This document shows, piece by piece, positions 33,512 to 49,805 of a stretch of DNA of 64,000 bases. The position numbers and the translations under genes are program-made. Within the stretch, counting starts at the first letter, position 1, and the number at the start of each line of letters is the position of its first letter. The DNA lies in NCBI GenBank assembly GCA_965203315.1, contig OZ241857.1, positions 256,001 to 320,000 on the forward strand, given 5' to 3'. The notes below the pieces were generated by a model. That model made no database searches, was not told the origin of the DNA, and saw nothing but the letters and a program-made list of their open reading frames with translations. The DNA comes from Nitrosopumilus sp. GTDB taxonomy: Archaea; Thermoproteota; Nitrososphaeria; Nitrososphaerales; Nitrosopumilaceae.

Positions 33512-34126
33512 ATGGCAACAGATACTGCGACCTTGGAGATCAGCGAACTAGAAAAGTACATACTTTTGCTCATATATGTAGATGATGAGCCAATATATGG
33601 TAGGCAAAAGCTTCAACTAATAATGTACATGCTAGGCAGTCCTTATCCAGAGATCAGAGAGTGGTGCAACTATACGATAAGAGACGATGGTCCATATAGT
33701 GTAGTTTTAGATGACACTTTGGAACGTCTAGTACGAATAGAACTAGTACAAGAAAAAGACAACATTGTTCAATTAACAGAACAAAGCATAGAATGCGCAG
33801 TGATCATTGGAGAAGAGAAAGGAGGATTTCCAAAGATTCAAGATCCATTTAACTTAACTATGACGTGGATATTTCATAACTATAAGCATATTATGAATGA
33901 CGTAACTCTTCCAGAAGCATTGTCTTATATGTACTGCAAGCATCCAGATATGACCAAAGGCTCTGCAACGTACAAAAAACTAAAACCAGATATCAAAGAA
34001 CACATAATTTCGATGTATGCGAAGGAAAAGATGAGTTTTGGTAGAGCCGGAGAATTGCTAGGAATACCCAAGCACGTAATAATGGACGAATTGGCCAAGA
34101 GAAAATTACTGCGGTTTGGAAATTGA
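33512..34126 (+). CDS. YwgA/Panacea-like::UPF0175 fusion, putative antitoxin (copy 1)
   Basis: GRQKLQL...GPYS N-terminal motif; C-terminal YAKEKMSFGRAGELLG. Confidence 0.7.
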   Translation: MATDTATLEISELEKYILLLIYVDDEPIYGRQKLQLIMYMLGSPYPEIREWCNYTIRDDGPYSVVLDDTLERLVRIELVQEKDNIVQLTEQSIECAVIIGEEKGGFPKIQDPFNLTMTWIFHNYKHIMNDVTLPEALSYMYCKHPDMTKGSATYKKLKPDIKEHIISMYAKEKMSFGRAGELLGIPKHVIMDELAKRKLLRFGN

Positions 34127-34611
34127 AGATATTTGACTCGTCACCCCTAATTGCGATATTTAATCAATTCCAATGCCCAGAAGCATTAGATGTTGTCTTA
34201 CAGTTGGGACACGAGTTGGCAATACCTCATTTTGTTTGGAAAGAATTAAAAGACAATAGAACACGCTCAAATATTCAAAGATTGCTTAACGAGGACAAAC
34301 TCGTACGGCTAGAAAATAATTCATTTCAAGAGATCGATAATTTTCAACAAGGATACGATATAGATGCGGGAGAAATATATGTAATCTTGACCTATCTAAA
34401 ACTGGCGAGATACAAAAATAACATCTATTGCATATTAGATGATAAAGATGCACAAAAAGTAGCATCAGGATTAGAAATAAGACATACTGACTTGAAAGGG
34501 TTGTTAAAGATACTACATAGTAAAGGAGTTGAGTGTCCAAAAGAGATTGATGAAATTATAGAATTACTTGAAAGATCCGAGTTCAGTACTTCCAAATGTC
34601 TCTTTAAATAA
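34123..34611 (+). CDS. PIN-domain (DUF3368-like) putative toxin (copy 1); last 3 codons displaced by an IS
   Basis: IFDSSPLI, DAGE, LDDKDA; native end (RPI*) at 35846-35857. Confidence 0.8.
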   Translation: MKIFDSSPLIAIFNQFQCPEALDVVLQLGHELAIPHFVWKELKDNRTRSNIQRLLNEDKLVRLENNSFQEIDNFQQGYDIDAGEIYVILTYLKLARYKNNIYCILDDKDAQKVASGLEIRHTDLKGLLKILHSKGVECPKEIDEIIELLERSEFSTSKCLFK

Positions 34612-35839
34612 CGAAAATTATATAGAAATAGAAAGATCTATAAAGGGTTTCTAAAAATAACTTTTGTTGAAAAACAAAAATGAATTAAATGGACAGCGAT
34701 TTAGAAGACATTTAGAATATTCTCGATATACTGCATTTTTAAATGATTTAGATATTCCTGTGTCTAAAAAAAATAATGCAAAGTTTGGTAAAGAAGATGT
34801 TTTATCCATTATGTTTAAAACAGCCATGTCTAAAAGTACAATAACTGGACATTCAACTTCAATGAAAATGAGGAAAAAGCGTGCTCCATCTCCAGAATAT
34901 TTTAGACTGTTATTCAAAAAGGCAGCAGCTGATTTTGACAACTTTAAATTTAAAAGGTCAGTAAAAAGCAACATCGCAGCATTACAAGATATGGGTCGTT
35001 GGTCTAAAGAGCCAAAAGATATAGCAATTGATCTGCACAAATATGCACGATATGATGACAAAACAGATACTAAACTATGTTATGGTCCGGTTGACGACAG
35101 ATATGCATTACATGAAAAGTACATGACAGCACAAGTCATAAACGAAGGCGAAACACTAGTTGTGTCAAAACATGCCATGTACAAAGGGGGACCAAAACCC
35201 CAATTTTGTGCGTAAAATCATCAAAGATTGTGAAGATCTGCGTCTGGACATTGGTAACTGGTTGATGGATCGTGAGTTTCTTACTACACAGATCTTGCAG
35301 CTGCTGCAAGGTCGAGGTTACACATTTCTCACCATCTGTCAAAATAACGCCAAGACAAGGCGATATCTAGAAGAGTACAAACAAGGAAAACGTAAACGAG
35401 TATCAAAACGTACGATCTCTAATGGCAAAGGCTTGTCAATGGACTATTACATGATCATAGAAGAAATTGAAAAGGATGGTAAAATAGACTACATTCCATT
35501 TGCAACAAACAATCCAAGAATTGATACAAAAAAATACGCAAAGCGATGGGTTATTGAAACTGGATATAGGGTAGTCGATAAGATGAGATTACCAACTACA
35601 ACTAAAAATGAATCAGTAAGAGATTTGTTGTTTTCTTTTTCTCTTTTGTTTTATAATGCTTGGATCATAGCACGTAACATAGATGATGAAAATGATCCAT
35701 TGAATGTTGGTTGGTGGCACATTCCTCAACTTACGTTCAGAGATCTTGTGCTAGATTACATTGAACTCTATCGAGAAAAATGGCCTCCGCCAAAGATTGC
35801 CGCTGCAGCTTGTTAATAAGCAGACAGTTGGAAGTACTG
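34584..35839 (+). mobile_element. Second ISH3-like IS with frameshifted transposase (34664-35816)
   Basis: 18-bp TIRs CAGTACTTCCAA(A/C)TGTCT; 5-bp TSD GAGTT; IAIDLH, MDREF, YAKRWVIETGYR. Confidence 0.9.
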
Positions 35840-36128
35840 GAGTTCAGACCCATCTAAAAGTTTCAAATAATGTTTAGTCAGCAGCATTCACACCGTACAC
35901 TTTTCCTGAAATCAAAAATCCACAAACAGAACTTTATGTTTTCTATAGCTCTGTTCAATGAATATTTTTGCAATATGATGGTTTAGGGATGGTTTACATG
36001 AAAACACATCATATGTACAATTCGGAATCAATTTCACATTAAAATTAAAGCTTGTTGTATTGAAATGTCGTTTTTTACTACAAAATGAACAAGATTCTGA
36101 CAATCAAAAGTTAGAAATCATTAAAAAA

Positions 36129-36445
36129 TCAAAGGTTTGCAAGTATTTGTTTTTTAATTATTCGTAAGTTATGTGCGGCAACCCTAAATAACAATTCTTG
36201 AACCATGTGTTCCCACAATATCGATTTTAGACCTTCGCCAAACAGACGCTTCATTGTAGAAAATACACCTTCCGATGCAGAGCGCTCACCATAACCGTTT
36301 TTCTCCCCCATCTTGCTTGATTTTTTAATCTATCTTTTTTTGTGATCTTTGTTACATCTTTGCATTTTGAGCCAAAAGTTAACTGAATCTGAGCAGTTTT
36401 ACTTCTAACAGTTTCAAGATATGTTTTGGCAGTGTATCTTGTTGG
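36129..36445 (-). pseudogene. IS5-family transposase 3' relic
   Basis: NGYGERSASEGVFSTMKRLFGE...VAAHN; truncated by the IS481 left end. Confidence 0.7.
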
Positions 36446-37703
36446 TGTATTATACCAAAAGTATTTAAGCTCTGATTTAGGCACGAAATCTATGTCAATA
36501 AGAAAGTTAGAAAAGAAGGACGTATTAAGTATCATATCCCAAAGACGTAAACGTGTAAAATTATCTGTCATCGCAGATCAATTTAATATTACTCAGCAAA
36601 GGGTATGTCAAATATATTCACATTATATCAAGACAGGTTCTCCGCCTGCACAAAAGAAGATTGGTCGACCAAATAAAGAACCTACACGAAAAGAGATTCA
36701 AACAGTGATGAAAATATACAATAAACGTCATTTTGGTGCAGTTCGTCTTACAAAAGAATTACGACGTTTGCACATACAAATCAGTTACAGAGATGTACGA
36801 AAGATAATGTACAAAAAGGGTCTAATCATTCCATCGCCTGCAAAGCAAAAACGTCGGGGCTAGATTCGTTTTGAGAGGAAATATTCTAATGCCATGTGGC
36901 ATGTAGACTGGCACGTAATAGATGACCCAAGATGGGGAACTCTATACCTGATTTGCTACCTAGATGATGCTTCTAGATGCATCACGGGTTTTGGGGTCTT
37001 TAAGCGTGCAACATCAGCCAATGCAGTCAGTGTGTTGAGAAAAGCTATCAAAAAGTTTGGCGTACCAGCACAGATACTATCTGATCGTGGAACACAATTT
37101 ACATCTGCTAAAAAACCAAAGAACGGGCGTAAAAAACTTACATTATTTGAAGCAGAATTAAGCAAACGAAAAATAAAACAAATACTTGCAAGAGCAAATC
37201 ATCCTCAGACCAATGGCAAATTGGAGAGATTCTTTGGAACATTTGAATCGGAAATTAAACATTCCAAGAGCATAAGAGTATATATCAATTACTATAACAA
37301 AGACAGACTTCATTTCTCACTAGATATTGATAATGGTGAAACGGCTCTCTTAACTTATCGGAGGCGGCTGGGATTTAGGGTGGTTCTTGGAATTACATTC
37401 GTGATAAAATCATCATAATAAAAAACTAAAAAATTACACGATTCATGCTTTAAATATCAAAAAAATTACACGATTCAAGATTGTTATTCAATAATATGTA
37501 AAATTTTTTGTGAATTGTTTATAGGATTGTCAGTACACACAAATTTTCGAGATCTCTTAAATTTCAACTGCCTCCAATAAGTTAAGAGAACCGGTGAAAC
37601 ACCTCTGAAGGCATTTAAAAATAAACGTGCCAGTGCCAAAATTAGAAAGAATCCCAACTGGGCAAACGAAAACTCTGAATTTAAATAGTTTTGGTATAAG
37701 ACA
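36446..37703 (+). mobile_element. IS481-family element; transposase inactivated by an in-frame TAG (36861) and a MITE
   Basis: TIRs TGT(A/C)TTATACCAAAA(G/C)TATTTAA; WHVDW, LDDASR, SDRGTQF, HPQTNGKLERFF. Confidence 0.88.
37343..37592. mobile_element. MITE family C copy (250 bp)
   Basis: TIRs GG(C/T)TCTCTTAACTTAT; perfect 8-bp TSD GGTGAAAC; removal restores DNGETPLKAF... Confidence 0.92.
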
Positions 37704-37730
37704 CTCATCCCACGTAAACCGAAAAGATCC

Positions 37731-37880
37731 CTCAAAAGTGATGGTACTAACCTCATAGGTGGATTTCAAACATTCTACAATTGTACAAATTATGAATCTC
37801 TAGGCGGTAAGACCCCGCGTAAGAAGCATTGATCTTGATCGATGGTCTCAACAAATAGAAGACTGTCATTCAAAATGTGA
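37731..37880 (+). pseudogene. IS6-like/integrase-core transposase C-terminal relic
   Basis: LKSDGTNLIGGFQTFYN...ESLGGKTP; preceded by a MITE B end. Confidence 0.5.
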
Positions 37881-38042
37881 GTCTCTACAAGAGATCGCTA
37901 TAACCAATCTCTCTTTTTGTTTTACATATTTTGTTTAATTAATAGATCTTTGCGATTTTTTATATTTTGATTCTCAGCTCCCCCGGAATCACACAGAACA
38001 CAATTCCAGAATGTTTTTATGGCGTTATGGGGATAATATATC

Positions 38043-38657
38043 ATGGCAATCGACACTACAACTCTAGAGATCAGCGAACTAGAAAAGTACATACTTTTGC
38101 TAGTATACATAGATGACGAGCCGATACACGGGAGGCAGAAACTTCAACTAGTGATGTACATGTTGGGTGATTCATATCCAAAAATAAGAGAGTGGTGTGA
38201 TTTCACAATGCAGGATGATGGTCCATACAGTACTGTCTTAGAGGATACTTTGGATCGCCTAGTACAAATGGAACTACTAGTCGAAAAAGACAATGCTATT
38301 CAATTAACCAAGCATAGTATAGAATATGCCAGAATCATTGGAGAAGAGAAAGGAGGGTTTCCAGAAATCGAAGATGCATTTAATCCAACTATGGGGTGGG
38401 TATTTTATAATTATAAAAACACTATAAATGATGTAACTATTCCCGAAGCATTATCATTTTTGTACTGCAAGTATCCAGATATGGCCAAAGGTTCTGCAAC
38501 GTACGAAAAACTCAAACCGGATATCAAAGAAAACATAATTTCAATGTATGTAAAGGAAAAGATGAGTTTTGGTAGGGCTGGAGAATTACTCGGAATGCCC
38601 AAGCACATAATAATGGACGAGTTGGCCAAGAGGGGATTACTTCGGTTTGGAAATTGA
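38043..38657 (+). CDS. YwgA/Panacea-like::UPF0175 fusion, putative antitoxin (copy 2)
   Basis: Collinear 204-aa paralog of 33512-34126. Confidence 0.72.
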   Translation: MAIDTTTLEISELEKYILLLVYIDDEPIHGRQKLQLVMYMLGDSYPKIREWCDFTMQDDGPYSTVLEDTLDRLVQMELLVEKDNAIQLTKHSIEYARIIGEEKGGFPEIEDAFNPTMGWVFYNYKNTINDVTIPEALSFLYCKYPDMAKGSATYEKLKPDIKENIISMYVKEKMSFGRAGELLGMPKHIIMDELAKRGLLRFGN

Positions 38658-39127
38658 AGATATTTGACTCGTCACCATTGATTGCGATATTTAATCAGTT
38701 CCAGTACCCACAAGTGTTTGATGTTATTTTACAATTAGGTCACGAATTGACAGTACCACATGTTGTATGGAATGAATTAAAGGATAGCAGAACATGTACA
38801 AATGTACAGAGATTGAGAGACGAACATAAACTCACAAAGTCAGAAACGAATTCGTTTCAAGAGATCAAAGATTTTCGAAAAGGGTACAATATAGATGATG
38901 GTGAGATAGATGTAATATTGACATATATAAAACTAGGAGGATACAGGAATAACATCTATTGTGTATTAGATGATAAAGATGCACAACGAGTAGCATCAAG
39001 ATTAGGAATAAAATATGTCGACTTGAAAGGACTGCTAAAGATGCTAGGCAATAAAGGAGTCAAGTATCCAAAAAAGATTGATGAAATTATAGAGTTACTT
39101 GATAGATCCGAGTTCAGATCTATCTAA
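38654..39127 (+). CDS. PIN-domain putative toxin (copy 2, intact)
   Basis: IFDSSPLI, DDGE, LDDKDA; 4-bp overlap with the upstream gene. Confidence 0.8.
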   Translation: MKIFDSSPLIAIFNQFQYPQVFDVILQLGHELTVPHVVWNELKDSRTCTNVQRLRDEHKLTKSETNSFQEIKDFRKGYNIDDGEIDVILTYIKLGGYRNNIYCVLDDKDAQRVASRLGIKYVDLKGLLKMLGNKGVKYPKKIDEIIELLDRSEFRSI

Positions 39128-39225
39128 AAGTTTCAAATAATGTTTAGTAGATATCATGTACAATTCGTTTTAACAGGCGCAAACGGTAAGATTTTGGTTT
39201 ACCTACTCATAAATAGAATCTGACC

Positions 39226-39339
39226 GGATCTCTTCGATTTACGTGGGATGGTATTTCACAAGACTTTTTCCTAATTTTCTCTTATAGAATCTTGTAGTGT
39301 TTTCTGTAATTATTCGTCCCACGCGAACCGAAAAGATCC
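39226..39339. mobile_element. MITE family B copy
   Basis: GGATCTCTTCGATTTACGTGGGA...TCCCACGCGAACCGAAAAGATCC. Confidence 0.85.
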
Positions 39340-39481
39340 CAGTTGTATGTTATAAACACACACAATCTTTTGATCCAGAACAGTATGGACAATATACAAG
39401 ACTGTCTGCTCACAATCGCTGGATTTTGCGATCTTTCATACCTGAAATCTCAAGTCAGCACAACTTTGCGGAACTCACGTA

Positions 39482-39655
39482 GGTTCTGTTCAATTGACCG
39501 TGGTTGAGATCATGATGACGTTATCTCAAAGAACGTACAATATGAGATTCAAAACAGCAACAATTTACGATAGCCGGTGTGATGTGTTTCCGTATCTTGC
39601 AAAGTTTCGAGAATTTTGTGCAAAAGATGCCAACTCTAGTCAAATGAACAGAACC
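39482..39655. mobile_element. MITE family A, copy 4
   Basis: GGTTCTGTTCAATTGAC...GTCAAATGAACAGAACC; near-TSD (CACGTA on both flanks). Confidence 0.85.
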
Positions 39656-39868
39656 ACCACGTATGGTTTATATGTATTTCAAATTGATGAACGCTACATA
39701 CGTAATGCAATAGGCGGCGCTTGTAATGAGGTGTGGTAATTATGCCATCTTGTGATTTATAGGCCTCCAGTTACGGATACAGGAATGAGGATTTGATCGA
39801 GTGATCAGTATCTGATTATGTGAAGATTATGTGCATCCGTCAATTCTTTTATACACTTACCAGATCAG

Positions 39869-41355
<1,487 letters not shown>

Positions 41356-41489
41356 TTGAAAGAAAAACTGATGGATGTACAAATCTTCACAATCATCGAT
41401 GCAATGCATCACGAGAGTGATGTATGAAGGATGTAGCAGGTTCTGGAAAGAACTTGTGATGATCATCGTGCATAGTCGTGTAATATGTG

Positions 41490-44489
<3,000 letters not shown>

Positions 44490-44807
44490 ACTTACATAGA
44501 GACTATGCGCGATGCATTCATTACACGACACGCACGATAAATCCTCTTTCTCTTTATTTTATACAATTGTGATTCTTGCAATGAAAACTCGAATCTTTTA
44601 TTGGTTTGATGGGTCTGATATTATACTAAGACATACATGCCAAACATATCTTGTATCTAGTTGTACATGTGACTAGATGTGTACTATGATCTTGTTGATT
44701 GATAACAGTTATATTGAAACCCAAACATCTTGCAATAAACTCTGGTTTTTAATCAACTGTTGTATCTAGTCATTTTTGGTGGATCTAGTACACAATTTGT
44801 GTGGTCA

Positions 44808-44920
44808 GGATCTCTTTGATTTGCGTTGGATGGTGTCTCGCAAATCTTTTTTGTAATTTTCTTATGGACTCTTGTGCTGTTTCCGTAACCGTTCTATCTC
44901 ACGTAAACCGAAAAAGATCT
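44808..44920. mobile_element. MITE family B copy
   Basis: GGATCTCTTTGATTTGCGTTGGATG...CACGTAAACCGAAAAAGATCT. Confidence 0.78.
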
Positions 44921-45024
44921 AGACTATCGCTTTTACGCTTGGTAAAAGCTGATATCGACGCAAATAATATGAAGAAAATATTTTCTTGCTTTCTATTTGT
45001 GGTATTCTAGTCTAATAGTTTCTC

Positions 45025-46080
45025 TCACAATGATTGCTTGTTGATTATGGGACTCTCTGAGATTATTGTTTTCAAACATTTGGTCATGTACTGTATATCT
45101 TCTATGGACATTATAGCTTGCTTGAATCCTTTTTTTGTATCGGTATGTTTTGACATGTCTCTGAGGAGATTATTTGCAAATAAAACATCTTGACTACACG
45201 TGTCGTTGTATATGATTTTGATTACGTTCTTTCTGAAATATATTTGACCTAGACTGAATATGTCGTTATTACGATATAGGTTGATTTTGTACCATGTTCC
45301 TCTTTGGATTATATGTAAATTTAGTTCTTTAAATGTCTCTTGTATTATGTTCCACAATTCTTTTACTAGTGGAGACTTGGTAGATATGTCGGTTTCTCTA
45401 TATCCTAACTTGCTGGGTTTGTCTAGCTTTTCAAACGCTATGATCTTTATCATTTTAATTGCGTAATCAATATCTGATACATCTTGTATCTTTTGTTCAT
45501 GTTTGCCATGTGGACTAGAAGATTTTATTACATGTGAATTTGGAGGCAAGATGTCATCTAGTTCGTGTGTGGTGTATACAATTCGAATATAGTTCTTTTG
45601 TAAGAAAAATATACATATTTGTTTATTGTTGTATCTACAAGTATAGTGGGAGTCAGTCTTTGATATTTTATATTCATGTAGATGATCCAGTATTATATTC
45701 CACATTTCATTTATGTTGTGTGATTTATACTCACTTTTTTTTAACGACTTGTACGTCTTTGGTTTTATCTCGGAGATATAATATTCTTGTATCTTTTTTA
45801 GATACTCTATACAGTCTAGTACGTCCATGTCAGACCTAATGACTTGCTCTAACTCACCAGGGTATTTTGTACTCGATACATCTCTGAGTTTATTATTTCG
45901 ATATAATGTACTGTCAGTTATCTTGATATTGTACCAAACAGTATATAGATCTTTTTTGGCGTGTATGGTACATATCTTTTTGTTTATACTTGGAATTAGA
46001 AACGTATCGTGCGTTTTATTACTTTTGTATTTGAGATTTAGTATGTTTTGTAATTTTTTATAAAAAGTATCCTTGTCCAT
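45025..46080 (-). CDS. Protein with three tandem DUF5655-like domains
   Basis: Three ~100-aa units ending in EQVIRSDMDV, EQKIQDVSDI and KQAIMSIEDI. Confidence 0.6.
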   Translation of the reverse strand: MDKDTFYKKLQNILNLKYKSNKTHDTFLIPSINKKICTIHAKKDLYTVWYNIKITDSTLYRNNKLRDVSSTKYPGELEQVIRSDMDVLDCIEYLKKIQEYYISEIKPKTYKSLKKSEYKSHNINEMWNIILDHLHEYKISKTDSHYTCRYNNKQICIFFLQKNYIRIVYTTHELDDILPPNSHVIKSSSPHGKHEQKIQDVSDIDYAIKMIKIIAFEKLDKPSKLGYRETDISTKSPLVKELWNIIQETFKELNLHIIQRGTWYKINLYRNNDIFSLGQIYFRKNVIKIIYNDTCSQDVLFANNLLRDMSKHTDTKKGFKQAIMSIEDIQYMTKCLKTIISESPIINKQSL

Positions 46081-46467
46081 CTAGTTCAACATATTTGCTA
46101 ACTATTCGTTTTTAAAGGTTTTTGTTATGGTCTCTCAAGTTATCGTGACATGGAAATCTAGGCATGAAAGATCGCACAATTTTTGCTTTATGAAATACCA
46201 AAAAAGATCGGCTCTTTTAACTTAACGTGGAGTAGATAGTTTTCACGCAGCATTCTCTAAAAATTTTGCAAGTTATGAAAAATGTCTAGATCAACTATTG
46301 TGGATTATTATTGTCAAGTTGCACATGGGATATTTCTTGAAATAACTGCATCTTGATCTCAACCTCTCGATAATCTAAAACCATGGTTGAAAATATAAAA
46401 ATAACACAAAAAATTCGTTCTAGGAGGATCTCACGTCAAATCCATTCTCTGCGTGGCTATAAACAAT

Positions 46468-48008
46468 GGAGTTCATGCGAAAGTCGTTTTGAAGACTCTG
46501 GACACCTAGCAACAAAGACATTCCAAATTATAAAGTGATCTCAGGTTTGTGATCTGTGGAATTGTACGATTATGCATGTACGCAGAGTCAAAACAGTGAA
46601 TTATACCTTGATATTTTACAATATCATTCTATAAATCACAATGTTGGTGCGTATTATTTACGCAACTATGCGGTGAGATAATTTCATCTTTTTTAGTTTA
46701 GCCTGTTTTTTACGGTTTATCTTTACTCTCCATGCTGCAACAAGCTCTTCTAATCTAGGACTAGGTCTGCCGTGTTCATGATCCCAAAGAATGTGATAGT
46801 TGACCAGTGTAGATGCCATCTTGAAGGCATCGTTGTATTGGTCGTCATCTCCTCGGAACATGTTGAACAAGAGTTTAAACTGCTTTACACATCCAACTAC
46901 GTGTTCTACTGTAGCGCGTTCACTGTCTATCTTTTTGTTGTATATCTCTTGTTCTTTTGTGAGTTGCCCACCTTTGGGTTTCTTGTATTTTATGCCTATC
47001 TTGGCACCTACAAAGATATCTCGAATCCCTAGGAATCCTAGATCTACTAGAATGTACAGTCTTTGACGAAGTGGAGTGTTTGGATCTGTTAACGACATGG
47101 ACCACTTGCCAAGATTCAGTTTGAGCTCTTTGAATATGCTGAAATCGTGTGTCTTACCAGGAAACGTAGGAGACACATGTACTATCAGTCTCTCTTTTGT
47201 ACACATCAATAGCGTATTTACCGTATGCATCTTTTTTTTGCCTGATTTGTAGTCATTGCGTATCTCTCTATCTACGGGTGTTGGAACACGAGTGTGTGAT
47301 CCATCGAACAAGAATGTGTGATCCTTTACCCATTTTGCAAGCTCTTTCTTTGTCTTGCATTTACTTATCGCATTTGCCAACTCGTCTGGCGAAAAACCCA
47401 AACTCTGAAAAAACTGATTCATGTATGTACAGTACCGGGATACATTACTCTGATCTATGCCAAATCTACTGGCAAGATGGCACTGACTGTGACCACTCAC
47501 CAGTCTCAGAATTGCCAAGAGCATGGCATACTCGGGAGTTAGTTTGGATATTCTTCCACGTACTATGAGAACATTACGAAACTGTCTGTGAACATCTGCT
47601 GCCGGTATCCATTCTATAAACAGGCCGAGCAAAAAGTTAAACATGTCAAAATCCAGCTTTGTATGCTCCCATAGAGTCTTTTCATTGCTAAGAATATTCT
47701 TACATGGAGGGAGTTCGAGTTCTTTTTTTGCTGCTTTGAGCTGTTCTTCTGCTATATCTGCACGTTCTTCGGCTGCTTTGAGTCGTTGTTCAAGCACTAG
47801 TTCCTTGTTCGGATTAGCCATACTCTTGTTTATTCAAATTAGTATTTACCATAGAGTGTCTTAAAAAATTGTCTTGTTGCGTATTCTATTTTTGGTTAAT
47901 TTTTTACTCCTCCTCACATACACGAAACCCGCAATAACTCGGAGAATTTAGTCAGATTTGACCCATCACGCATCATATGTGCCTGAAAATGACTTTCGCA
48001 TGAACTCC
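46468..48008 (-). mobile_element. IS5-family (ISL2-like, DDE_Tnp_4) element, 1541 bp; transposase 47821-46658
   Basis: TIRs GGAGTTCATGCGAAAGTC; 3-bp TSD AAT; SGKKKMHT, DLGF, RATVEH. Confidence 0.93.
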
Positions 48009-48038
48009 AATATTCAACTTGACATGTACTCGTGAATA

Positions 48039-48371
48039 CTATTTGTTTGGGACTAGTGTGATTATGGGTTCCTTTTTTTTGATGTCAATCACTGCTTTAC
48101 TTATTCGACTTTTATATGACCTGTATCTTCTACCTTTATCTGAGATCATCCATTTTGCAACCTCGATCAGAGCGAGTTCTTCTAGTTCTGAGAGTTTCTT
48201 GTACACGGAGCTTAGAGGTATTGATAACTGCTCTGAGAGTTCCGTCGCTGTCTTTGGTTTTCTTGTGATCGAAAATAATATGTGGCGTGCTTCATGATCA
48301 GCAAGTGTTTCGATTATCTTTTGATTGATATCATATTTTTTCAGTTGTGCGGACGTCATACGTTTTTGCAT
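48039..48371 (-). CDS. ArsR-like wHTH regulator
   Basis: LAD..AR.IL...PKTATELSEQLSIPLSSVYKKL. Confidence 0.82.
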   Translation of the reverse strand: MQKRMTSAQLKKYDINQKIIETLADHEARHILFSITRKPKTATELSEQLSIPLSSVYKKLSELEELALIEVAKWMISDKGRRYRSYKSRISKAVIDIKKKEPIITLVPNK

Positions 48372-48717
48372 ATCATATATGATATTTTAGCCTATTTAAA
48401 AAGTATTGTTCTAGTTGTGTTATTCTGATTATATAGAATGAGATTAACATTAATCTAAAGTTCAATATTGATAAACTATCTGTATCCTAGTTTTGTACGT
48501 TGTGATGATAGTTGGTTGGTCATGCATGTGATGTTTGTGGCATAATGATCAACTGAGCATGATTCCATTTAACGTACTGGATGATACATCTCGCTTGTAT
48601 GCTTTGTTCTGTGTTTTGTAACGAGTATTGTATTTTTTCATACTTGGTACACGATTCGCTCTTGTTCTCTGATGTTTCGGCTACGCAAAAATCCAAGTGT
48701 TGCGTTGTCAAGCTTGT

Positions 48718-49437
48718 CTAGAGATGCATAGTCTTTTCTGGCTCTAATTTATTCCATAAAATTCCTAACAACAATCCATTCGTAATCCAAAACGAAAAGA
48801 CTCCGATAACAGACATCATCCTAAAGCCGTCAACCATCTCCCTTGGAATATCAGTAGATTCTGCATTCGATGGCATTACTATGAACAAACATGATACTAG
48901 AGCGACATAGACTATTGGTCCGATAACTCTTCCATGTTTTTTGAGACTCGTTACTATCTTGTAGCACGCAATAGCTCCTACTCCAGACATGATCACAAAT
49001 CCTATGTACAACATAGTTCGTAGCGCTAATGTATCTTCACTTCCAGTACCTGGCAATACTGCAGGATATTTCAAAAATGGGATCAAATACAAAACAACTC
49101 CCATTGTTGCGGCTAGAGCTATTGATTTTGTGATGTATCTGCCACCTGGAAGCCGCTTTCTAGTTAGATAGTATACTATTCCAAAGAGCGAACCGATGGA
49201 TACTCCTAAAATAACGCTGGCAAATACCTGCCCTCCCTTCTGCCACGCTCTATATCCTTCATACTCTGCTTGGAACTCTGGAGTGTTCTCTTGACCGACT
49301 GCAAAGAGTCGCTCATTTTCTAGACCTATGGCCTGATCTAAATAAGGTTCAACTATTATGAAATTAACTGTGCCCTGTACCAACCCTGCTAGCGCACCGG
49401 CAACCAAGACTATTATGACAAAAATAACTGTATTCAT
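48718..49437 (-). CDS. cbtA: CbtA-family cobalt transporter subunit
   Basis: EPYLDQAIGLE; PFLKYPA.LPG; multiple TM helices; downstream of cbtB. Confidence 0.85.
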   Translation of the reverse strand: MNTVIFVIIVLVAGALAGLVQGTVNFIIVEPYLDQAIGLENERLFAVGQENTPEFQAEYEGYRAWQKGGQVFASVILGVSIGSLFGIVYYLTRKRLPGGRYITKSIALAATMGVVLYLIPFLKYPAVLPGTGSEDTLALRTMLYIGFVIMSGVGAIACYKIVTSLKKHGRVIGPIVYVALVSCLFIVMPSNAESTDIPREMVDGFRMMSVIGVFSFWITNGLLLGILWNKLEPEKTMHL

Positions 49438-49446
49438 GACTCTGTC

Positions 49447-49662
49447 CTAGTGACATGGAAAACCTGATGCATGTCTAATATCATGAGTAAGCTCGTGTAG
49501 ATACTGATCTACAAACGCCTGATCGCCATAAACCAAACTGAACGTATGTCCTTGGTCAAACGCAACCATAAAGAGTGCTACGATAGATACTAAACCCAAC
49601 ACTACGAATGCGACCTTTGATACACCTCTTTGTTCTACATTCACTTGCCTTGATTCTGACAT
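49447..49662 (-). CDS. cbtB: CbtB-family cobalt transporter subunit
   Basis: LHELTHDIRHASGFPCH C-terminus. Confidence 0.88.
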   Translation of the reverse strand: MSESRQVNVEQRGVSKVAFVVLGLVSIVALFMVAFDQGHTFSLVYGDQAFVDQYLHELTHDIRHASGFPCH

Positions 49663-49805
49663 AACTGTTGGCAAAAGTTTAGTGTATTTAAGCTCTTGGA
49701 TAATATATCCAATTAATAAGCAAGGACGTGTCAAAGACGTGTATCATACAAAAAATGCGTCTAGCACAAACAAGATATCGTTTCAAAGATCGACATACAT
49801 TTTAT

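Noticed and set aside
41356-41489. tRNA in the ITS or elsewhere in the window
   Set aside because: No cloverleaf or T-loop signature seen; the ITS consists of processing-stem complements
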